Below the pieces are notes generated by a model. It made no database searches. It saw only the letters and a program-made list of their open reading frames with translations, and was not told the DNA's origin. The position numbers and the translations under genes were made by a program. DNA of 64,000 nucleotides, taken from NCBI GenBank assembly GCA_964423675.1, contig CAYRFP010000002.1, positions 8,728 to 72,727 of the forward strand. The letters are read 5' to 3'. The stretch is from an uncultured Oscillospiraceae bacterium. Its GTDB lineage: Bacteria; Bacillota; Clostridia; Christensenellales; Aristaeellaceae. How positions within the stretch are numbered: position 1 is the stretch's first letter; the number at the start of each line of letters is the position of its first letter. Shown here one piece after another: positions 34,310 through 41,406 of this stretch.

Positions 34310-35362
34310 GGAGATACTCCCGCACGGCCTTTGCCATGCCTTCAGCCAGATCGCCCGTTAGCTTGCCCACGGGCTTTCCATGGATAAAAAGCGCGCCGCA
34401 ATCCTTGCCGCCGCAAAGGGCGATATCCGCATCCCGGGCTTCCCCGGGGCCATTGACCACGCAGCCCATAACGGCCACCGTGATCGGCCGCTGCACATCG
34501 CTGAATTCCGCTTCCAGCCGCCGGGCAATTTCGGCTACGTTGATCTGCGTGCGCCCGCAGGTGGGGCAGGAAACAAAGCGGATGCCGCTTCGCAGCCCAA
34601 TGGCCCGCAAGATGGCAATCGCCGCTTCCGGCTCCCGGATTGGATCGCCGGTCAGGGACACGCGGATGGTATCGCCAATGCCAGCAACAGCGCACCGATG
34701 CCGATGGCAGATTTGATCGTGCCCTGTCCCGGCAGACCGGCTTCCGTAACACCCAGATGTAGGGGATAATCGCACTTTTGCCGCATCAGCCGATAGGCTT
34801 CCACCGTCATGGGCACGCTGCTGGCCTTCAGCGATACCACAATATCGTAAAAATGCGCATCTTCCAGAAGCTGAATATGACGCAGAGCACTGTCGACCAT
34901 CCCCTGAGCCGTTGCGCCTCCGTCGCGGGCCAGCAGATCTTTTTCTAGTGAACCGGCATTCACGCCAATACGGATTGGCACACCATGTGCCTTGGCGCAA
35001 TCCGCCACCCGGCGCACGTTTTCTGCTCCGCCGATATTGCCTGGATTAATCCGCAGCTTATGAATGCCGTTTTCCATGGCGGCGATAGCCAGGGTGTGAT
35101 CAAAATGAATATCCGCTACCAAAGGAACAGGGCTGGCGTCTACCAGCGGACGCACGGCCTGGGCGCAGACGGCGTCATAGACGGAAAAACGCACCAGATC
35201 GCAGCCCGCTGCAGCCAGCGCCCGAATCTGGCTCAGGGTGGCGGCCACATCCCGGGTGTCGGTATTCGTCATGGATTGAACGGAAACCGGACTTCCACCG
35301 CCGATGGCAACGTTTCCGGCTTTTATCTGAATTTTCGCGCCCATTGCGCTCCCCCTCATCAT
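34299..35362 (-). pseudogene. ispG: 4-hydroxy-3-methylbut-2-enyl diphosphate synthase IspG, reading frame broken near 34680 (true frameshift or assembly indel)
   Basis: The N-terminal TIM-barrel part lies in ORF 34652-35362 (VQSMTNTDTRDV, LRINPGNIG, LHLGVTEAG..GTIKSAIGIGALLL). The C-terminal 4Fe-4S part lies in the other frame, ORF 34299-35000 (GIGDTIRVSLTGDP...SCPTCGRT...MGCVVNGPGEA). The junction reads CTGTTGCTGGCATTGGCGATACC. Confidence 0.85.
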
Positions 35363-36453
35363 TGGAATAGATTTAGCACGTCTTTGCAGGTCATCACCAG
35401 CATCAGCCCCAGCAGCACTACATAGCCTGCCAGATGCACATACGCTTCCACCTTTTCCGGCACCGGCTTGCGGCGTACAGCTTCAATGGCCAGAAAAACC
35501 AGGCGGCTGCCATCCAGACCTGGAATAGGAATCAGATTGAACAGCCCCAGGTTTACCGAAATCAATACCAGCAGCTGCACGTAAACCGTCCATCCGGATT
35601 TCTGAGTCTCCTCTGCAATCATCCGGATAATGCCCACTGGCCCGGCAGACTGGGAAAAGCCGTCCGGTGTGGTGAAAAGCGCCTTGAGCCCGGAAAGAAC
35701 AGCGCCCCCCGCCTGAATGCAATAATCCGTTCCGGCTTTGACGGCTTGGAGGAGATTTGCTTTCTGATACACAGGCGTGTATTCATAGCCCAGCTGAACG
35801 CCGATCAAATAGCGCCCATCCTCGGCGCTAAAACGGGGAATCATGGCAAGCGTCAGCGTTTCATCGTTTCGCTGAATTTCAATTTGCAGCGGGGGATCAT
35901 TTTCCTGATACGCGCTGATCATTTCCACTGCCGGCAGTTGACCGTTTTCGGTTAATCCGCTGGCGGCTTCTTCATTAACCCGTAGGATAATATCTCCGGC
36001 CTGAAGTCCGGCTTCCTCCGCCGCGCTGCCTGGATTGACGCTGCTGATTACCGCCCGGCCAACGATTCCTTCCGTGGCGACCCCGATGAATAGAAACAAA
36101 ATCGTGGCTGCCGCCAGCGCCAGCACGAAATTCATCACCGGACCCAGGGCGATGGTAATCATCCGTTTCCAGGCAGGGAAGCGGTTCAGGTTTCGCGGAT
36201 CATCCCTGGAAACGCCGCTTACCTCGTCCTCTCCGTAAAACATGCAATAGCCCCCTGCGGGAATCAGCCGGAGAAAGAATTCGGTCTCATGCTTCTTGCT
36301 TTTCCATTTCAGCAGCTGTGGCCCAAAGCCAATGGCAAATTCCTTGACCGGAATGCCCGTTAGCCGGGCGGCAAAAAAATGGCCGCATTCATGAATCATG
36401 ACCATTACGCCTAACATCACAATGGCCGCCAGCACATAATAAACCGTCGTCAT
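35359..36453 (-). CDS. rseP: RIP zinc metalloprotease RseP/YluC (site-2 protease)
   Basis: The start is reset to ATG 36453 (SD AAGGAGG), giving MTTVYYVLAAIVMLGVMVMIHECGHFFAAR with the HExxH motif. A PDZ-like middle domain and the C-terminal motif NLIPIPGLDG are present. Confidence 0.9.
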   Translation of the reverse strand: MTTVYYVLAAIVMLGVMVMIHECGHFFAARLTGIPVKEFAIGFGPQLLKWKSKKHETEFFLRLIPAGGYCMFYGEDEVSGVSRDDPRNLNRFPAWKRMITIALGPVMNFVLALAAATILFLFIGVATEGIVGRAVISSVNPGSAAEEAGLQAGDIILRVNEEAASGLTENGQLPAVEMISAYQENDPPLQIEIQRNDETLTLAMIPRFSAEDGRYLIGVQLGYEYTPVYQKANLLQAVKAGTDYCIQAGGAVLSGLKALFTTPDGFSQSAGPVGIIRMIAEETQKSGWTVYVQLLVLISVNLGLFNLIPIPGLDGSRLVFLAIEAVRRKPVPEKVEAYVHLAGYVVLLGLMLVMTCKDVLNLFQ

Positions 36454-36478
36454 AGTTCCTCCTTGGATGGGCATGTTT

Positions 36479-37627
36479 TTATTGGCGAATCAGCCGCTGC
36501 GCCTCTGCACGGGCCAGCCTGTCTGCTTCCAGCACTTCTTCCAGCGTCCCAGCTGACAAATGCGCCCAGCGCTGCAAAGCGCCGTCCACAATCTGCGGAA
36601 TCTGACCGAAGGTGATTTCCTCCCGCAGGAAGGCGTAAGCCGCTTCCTCGTTTGCGCCGTTGAGCACGCAGGCTGCCGCGCCGCCGGCGCGCAGAGCAGC
36701 ATAGGCCATGGAAATGGCAGGAAACTTTTCCAGATCCGGCGCCTCAAAGGTCAATTGGCCAAGAGCAAACAGATCCAGTTCCTTCTCCCCGGTTTCCATT
36801 CGTTCCGGGTAGGTCATGGCGTAAAGAATGGGCAGCCGCATATCGGGAACGCCAAGCTGCGCCAGCACCGCCCCATCCCGGAACTGAACCGCCGAATGCA
36901 CGATGCTTTGTGGATGCACTACCACCTGAATCTGCTCAGGCTGCGCATGAAACAGCCATTTGGCTTCAATAATCTCCAGCGCCTTATTAAACATGGAGGC
37001 GGAATCGATGGTGATCTTGCTGCCCATACTCCAGGTGGGATGCCCCAGCGCCTGGGCAATGGTGGCAGTCTGCATCCGCTGTTTATCCCAAGTGCGGAAA
37101 GGTCCGCCGGAGGCGGTGAGTAAAATTTTGGTGTAAGGATTCCCGCCTGCACCCTGCAGGCATTGGAAAATGGCGCTGTGTTCGCTGTCTACGGGAAGAA
37201 GCGTTGGGCCGCTTTCATCAGGGGGACAGGCAGCCATAACAATTTGTCCGCCGGCTACCAGCGTTTCTTTATTAGCCAGCAGCACCCGCTTGCCTGCCTG
37301 ACGCGCGGCCAGCACGGCTTTGAGCCCTACCATGCCCACCACTGCCGCCAGCACATCCCGCCCCTCGCATTCCCGGGCTACTGTTTCCAGCGCGGCTTCT
37401 CCAAACAGGAAATGGCAAAATCGCAGATCATCCGGAATCTGCGCGTGATCAACGCCAGTCAGTGCCGCCAGCCTTGGCCGCAGCAGACGAACCTGCTCAA
37501 ATAAAAGCGCCGCATTTTTATGAGCGGTCAACGCCGTCACAAAAAAGCGGCCGGGATGCAAGGAAATCACGTCGATAGCCTGACGGCCGATGGAACCGGT
37601 ACTGCCCAAAATTGCAATGCCCTGCAT
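36479..37627 (-). CDS. dxr: 1-deoxy-D-xylulose 5-phosphate reductoisomerase
   Basis: 382 aa with ILGSTGSIGRQA, LANKETLV, PVDSEHSAIFQCL and HPTWSMG.KITIDSA. Confidence 0.95.
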   Translation of the reverse strand: MQGIAILGSTGSIGRQAIDVISLHPGRFFVTALTAHKNAALLFEQVRLLRPRLAALTGVDHAQIPDDLRFCHFLFGEAALETVARECEGRDVLAAVVGMVGLKAVLAARQAGKRVLLANKETLVAGGQIVMAACPPDESGPTLLPVDSEHSAIFQCLQGAGGNPYTKILLTASGGPFRTWDKQRMQTATIAQALGHPTWSMGSKITIDSASMFNKALEIIEAKWLFHAQPEQIQVVVHPQSIVHSAVQFRDGAVLAQLGVPDMRLPILYAMTYPERMETGEKELDLFALGQLTFEAPDLEKFPAISMAYAALRAGGAAACVLNGANEEAAYAFLREEITFGQIPQIVDGALQRWAHLSAGTLEEVLEADRLARAEAQRLIRQ

Positions 37628-37672
37628 ACGCGCCTCGCTTTCTGAACAAGAAAAGGACTTTCCCCGTCTGCA

Positions 37673-38485
37673 TCAGACGGGGAAAAGGTTCAGCAACAAA
37701 TAAACATACATCACCAGCGTGGACCAATACACGCTGTCCAGCCGATCCATCATGCCGCCGTGACCGGGGAAGATGGAGCCGTAATCCTTCACGCCACAAT
37801 GGCGCTTAATCAGGGATGCGAACAGATCGCCCAGCTGCCCAGCCAGACCGCCCAGCACACCTAGCACGATGAAATGCCACAGGGGGGGCATCTTGGCAAA
37901 ACAGGAGAAAACGCCGCACATGAGCATAGCGAACAACACGCTTCCCATCAGGCCGGCCAGCGAACCTTCTACGGATTTGTTGGGGCTCACCGCCGGACAC
38001 AGCTTCCGGACGCCAAACCTGCTGCCGATAAAGTAAGCTGCCGTATCGCCCACCAGGGGCACACCAAAGGCCAGAAGCGCCAGCAGCAGCTGATGCACCC
38101 GATCCGGGGCTTTCATCAGGCCCAGCATGCACATGCCCGGCAGCAACACACAAAACAGCGGCAGCACCGACATCAGCAGGTCTTCCAGCCGCGGCTCAGA
38201 CTGGAACAACACCATCATCGCTACCAGCATACATGCCCCTGCTACCAGCGAAAACAGCGGCGAAACGCTGCCGGACATGGCAAACAGCGGTACTGATAAA
38301 ACCAGACAAAGCCAGCTGGGCCATTGCACTGGCCGGTGCCCTGCTGCGCTCATGGCGCGATAAACTTCGTACATGGATACGCAGATGGAAGCCATATATA
38401 AAACCGAAAAGACCCAGCCGCCCATAGCCAACGCAAAGGCCAGTACAGCAACTAGACAGACCCCGGTGATGATTCTGGTCATCAT
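37673..38485 (-). CDS. cdsA: Phosphatidate cytidylyltransferase
   Basis: 270 aa and polytopic. The CTP-transferase signature is SLIKRHCGVKDYGSIFPGHGGMMDRLDS. Confidence 0.9.
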   Translation of the reverse strand: MMTRIITGVCLVAVLAFALAMGGWVFSVLYMASICVSMYEVYRAMSAAGHRPVQWPSWLCLVLSVPLFAMSGSVSPLFSLVAGACMLVAMMVLFQSEPRLEDLLMSVLPLFCVLLPGMCMLGLMKAPDRVHQLLLALLAFGVPLVGDTAAYFIGSRFGVRKLCPAVSPNKSVEGSLAGLMGSVLFAMLMCGVFSCFAKMPPLWHFIVLGVLGGLAGQLGDLFASLIKRHCGVKDYGSIFPGHGGMMDRLDSVYWSTLVMYVYLLLNLFPV

Positions 38486-39198
38486 TTGTTTCTTCCTCCA
38501 AACCGGCGATCCCGGCGAGCAAATTCTTCCAGCGCCCGGTGATAATCCGTCAGGCCAAAATCTGGCCAGAGGACGGCGGGAAATTCAAATTCCGCATAAG
38601 CGCATTGATACAGCAGGAAATTGCTCAGTCGCATTTCTCCGCTGGTTCGGATCAACAGATCTACATCCGGCAAATCATAAGTATATAATTCCCGAGCCAG
38701 ACGGGTTTCATCAATTTCTTCCGGCTTTATTTCTCCAGATGCCGCCTGCCGTGCCAGACGTTGCGTTGCCCGCACCAATTCGGCTCGGCCGCCGTAATTC
38801 AAAGCGATGTTCAGCTTGAGCCCAGTGTTTTTCTGGGTTCTGTTTTCTGCCTCCGTCACGGACAGCCGCTGCTTTTCCGGCAGGCCGTCTTTATCGCCCA
38901 GGATGCGGATGCAAACGTTTTTCTGATTCAGTTCGTCGATCTCCGAAGAAAAGAATTCCAGCAGCAGCCCCATGAGGGCGTTCACTTCCTGGGGATCACG
39001 CTTCCAGTTTTCTGTGGAGAAGGCATACAAAGATAAAGCCTCGATCTTCAGATCGCTGCTTTCGCGGATAATGGCGCGCAGGGCTTCCACGCCCTTGCGA
39101 TGCCCCAGCGCCACCTGAAGGGCATGCTGCTTCGCCCATCGGCCATTGCCATCCATAATAATGGCCACATGCCGGGGCAAACGGGATAACTCGCTCAT
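38482..39198 (-). CDS. uppS: Isoprenyl transferase (undecaprenyl-diphosphate synthase)
   Basis: The start is reset to ATG 39198, giving MSELSRLPRHVAIIMDGNGRWAKQH. Also present are FSTENWKRD, RTSGEMRLSNFLL and RRFGG. The track ORF extends to 39492 but that stretch overlaps frr. Confidence 0.95.
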   Translation of the reverse strand: MSELSRLPRHVAIIMDGNGRWAKQHALQVALGHRKGVEALRAIIRESSDLKIEALSLYAFSTENWKRDPQEVNALMGLLLEFFSSEIDELNQKNVCIRILGDKDGLPEKQRLSVTEAENRTQKNTGLKLNIALNYGGRAELVRATQRLARQAASGEIKPEEIDETRLARELYTYDLPDVDLLIRTSGEMRLSNFLLYQCAYAEFEFPAVLWPDFGLTDYHRALEEFARRDRRFGGRNK

Positions 39199-39407
39199 GG
39201 CTCCTCTTTTCCTGCTTCCCGCGGCGCACCGTCCAGAAACCGCGCCGCAATCCATTGCCCCTGTCTGCATAATATCACCCGGGGTGTGCCCTCCTGCCGC
39301 GCTTGTCCGGAGCGGACAGGCGCGGCGGAAAACACCACCTGGGGCGTTTGCTCCTGCGGAAGAGAGGCCAGCGCCTCCTCCAGGGGACGGCCTAAAGCGC
39401 GCTGCAT
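39195..39407 (-). CDS. Candidate 70-aa ORF translationally coupled between frr and uppS
   Basis: Its ATG overlaps the frr stop (TGATG), with GGAGG 4 nt upstream. Its TGA overlaps the uppS ATG (ATGA). Third codon positions are G/C-rich like neighbouring genes. I recognise no family. Confidence 0.3.
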   Translation of the reverse strand: MQRALGRPLEEALASLPQEQTPQVVFSAAPVRSGQARQEGTPRVILCRQGQWIAARFLDGAPREAGKEEP

Positions 39408-39964
39408 CAGACCTCCATGATCTCCTTTTCCTTTTCGGAAGCGATCTTATCAATTTCTTTGATCTGGCTGTCGGTGAGTTTTTGCATTTCATCCTCGGCC
39501 TTGCGCTGATCGTCCTCCGTGATGGCGGAATCCTTCTTCAGCTTTTTGAGCTGCTCCATCGCATCCCGGCGAGCGCCGCGAACGGCCACCTTGGCATCCT
39601 CTGCGCCCTTGCGCACCATCTTGGTCAGTTCCTTGCGGCGTTCCTCGTTCAGTTCGGGTACAACCAGCCGGATCAGCTTGCCATCGTTGCTGGGGTTCAT
39701 GCCCAGATCGCTTTTCTGGATGGCCTTTTCCACCAGAGGAATTGCTTTGGGATCCCACAGGGAGATGGTCAGCAGACGGGGTTCCGGGCTGCTGATATTG
39801 CCCATTTGCTTAAGCGGAGTGGCCGTGCCATAATAGTCTACCGTGATTCGATCCAGAATCTGAGGATTGGCCCGGCCGGCACGCAGGGACAGCATGTCCC
39901 GCTGATAGAATTCCTTGGTTTTCTCCATTTTTTCCTTGGCTGCGGTGATAACAGAACGATACAT
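39407..39964 (-). CDS. frr: Ribosome recycling factor
   Basis: 185 aa with RAGRANPQILDRITVDYYGTATPLKQMGNIS, IPELNEERRKEL and RRDAMEQLKK. Confidence 0.95.
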   Translation of the reverse strand: MYRSVITAAKEKMEKTKEFYQRDMLSLRAGRANPQILDRITVDYYGTATPLKQMGNISSPEPRLLTISLWDPKAIPLVEKAIQKSDLGMNPSNDGKLIRLVVPELNEERRKELTKMVRKGAEDAKVAVRGARRDAMEQLKKLKKDSAITEDDQRKAEDEMQKLTDSQIKEIDKIASEKEKEIMEV

Positions 39965-40037
39965 CGTTTTTTCCTCCGTTTCATCAGGCTTTGCATTTTA
40001 TTTTACCCTGTTTTGGCGCATTCGTCAATGATTGGCT

Positions 40038-41228
40038 TTATTTCTGCCGTGTTTTTTCATGATATTCGAAATAATCCCGGTCAAAGTGGATCACGCACCG
40101 ATAGCGGGCGTCCAGGGTGCGGGCGTGGGCACAGATGCCGTCCTGCAATGCATCCAGCTGCTGTGCATGGGGCGGCAGCAGCACATCGAAAACCAGATTG
40201 ATATTCTTATCCCCAGGAACCCGCCGGAAATCATGCAGCTTCAGCGGCGGCGTAAGAGAAGAAAGATAATCCGCCATCTGTTTGCGGGCGGTTTCGGTTT
40301 TCTCATCGTGGGTGAGGATGGGATCCATATGGATGCAAATCGGAATATGAAGCTTTTGCGAGATCTCCCGTTCGGCGCTGTCGATCACCTCATGAATGGC
40401 AACCAAATCGCTGTCTGCCGCTACCTCCGCGTGCACGGACGCCATGGATCGGCCAGGGCCGTAATCATGCAGCACCAGATCATGTGCGCCAAGAATGCCT
40501 GGATAATGCAGCAGAAGCTCCAAAATCTGCTGGCCCTTTTCTCTGTCCGGCGTGCTGCCCAGCAGTCGGGAAACTGTGTCCCGCAGCACCTCGAAGGCTG
40601 CTTTAAGCACCAGCAGGGAAACCAGCGAGCCCACGTATCCATCAATAGGCCAGTTGAAAATCAGCGTGACCACTGTGGAAAATACCACGGCGCCTGTGGC
40701 CAGCACATCGCTTAGGCTATCCTGGGCTGCGGCCAGCAGGGTGGGGTTATCGGTCTTGCGGCCCAGCACACTATAAAAGCGCCACATCCACAGCTTTACC
40801 AGCACGCCCGCCGCTAAAATGCCTACCATCAGCCAGGAGAAGGACGCAGCTTCGGGATGCAGGATGCCCTCCACGCCGGATTTGAGCAGTTCCAGGCCGA
40901 ACACGCCGATAAGAATGCCCACGCCCAGAGCTCCCAGATACTCAACCCGCCCATGCCCGAAGGGATGCTCATCATCCTGGGGCTTTTGCGCCATGTGTAC
41001 GGCGATCAGGGCAATCAGGCTGCCACCCGCATCGGACAGATTGTTTACACCGTCCGCCGTTATGGCGACAGAGCCGCTGAGAAAACCAAGCAGAATCTTG
41101 GCCAGAGCCAGCAGCAGGTTTAGCGCCATGCCCGTTACGGAGCCCAGCATGCCGTAGGCTTCCCGGACATGCTGATCCTTCACGTTTTCCGGATCCCTGA
41201 TCCATCGGCGAATCAAAAATTGAATCAT
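40038..41228 (-). CDS. Cation diffusion facilitator (CDF) family divalent-metal efflux transporter
   Basis: 396 aa with six TM helices. AITADGVNNLSDAGGS and DDEHPFGHGRVEYL are present. A C-terminal cytoplasmic domain follows. SD GAAGGAGAG. Confidence 0.9.
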   Translation of the reverse strand: MIQFLIRRWIRDPENVKDQHVREAYGMLGSVTGMALNLLLALAKILLGFLSGSVAITADGVNNLSDAGGSLIALIAVHMAQKPQDDEHPFGHGRVEYLGALGVGILIGVFGLELLKSGVEGILHPEAASFSWLMVGILAAGVLVKLWMWRFYSVLGRKTDNPTLLAAAQDSLSDVLATGAVVFSTVVTLIFNWPIDGYVGSLVSLLVLKAAFEVLRDTVSRLLGSTPDREKGQQILELLLHYPGILGAHDLVLHDYGPGRSMASVHAEVAADSDLVAIHEVIDSAEREISQKLHIPICIHMDPILTHDEKTETARKQMADYLSSLTPPLKLHDFRRVPGDKNINLVFDVLLPPHAQQLDALQDGICAHARTLDARYRCVIHFDRDYFEYHEKTRQK

Positions 41229-41307
41229 TCCGTTTCTCTCCTTCTTGCCGCGCGCATTGCTTTCTTTACCCTATTGCGGCAAGCCTTGCGATTATGCACA
41301 ACATAAT

Positions 41308-41336
41308 ATTTTACCATACTTTTTTCCTGGGTGCAA
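41308..41336 (-). promoter_or_regulatory. Candidate sigma-A promoter for the CDF transporter gene
   Basis: The minus strand reads TTGCAC (41336-41331), 17 nt, TAAAAT (41313-41308), preceded by TGG (extended -10). Confidence 0.45.
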
Positions 41337-41341
41337 CCAGG

Positions 41342-41370
41342 TTGCGCCGACAGGCAGGGGATGATATAAT
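41342..41370 (+). promoter_or_regulatory. Candidate sigma-A promoter for the GTPase-NYN gene
   Basis: TTGCGC (41342-41347), 17 nt, TATAAT (41365-41370). It sits back-to-back with the CDF promoter. Confidence 0.45.
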
Positions 41371-41406
41371 GGGAACGATAATTGTAAGCAAAGGATGAGG
41401 ATGCCC

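Noticed and set aside
39199-39492. Upstream extension of the uppS ORF (track 38482-39492).
   Set aside because: It overlaps the frr 3' end. The canonical UppS N-terminus (RHVAIIMDGNGRWA) begins shortly after ATG 39198, which has its own SD.
41229-41307. NiCo (czcD-type) riboswitch upstream of the CDF transporter gene.
   Set aside because: The leader predicted from the promoter at 41308-41336 is only ~75 nt. It shows just two simple hairpins (TTATG/CATAA and CTTGCCGC/GCGGCAAG). I could not see the four-way-junction organisation, and I have no consensus to match confidently.
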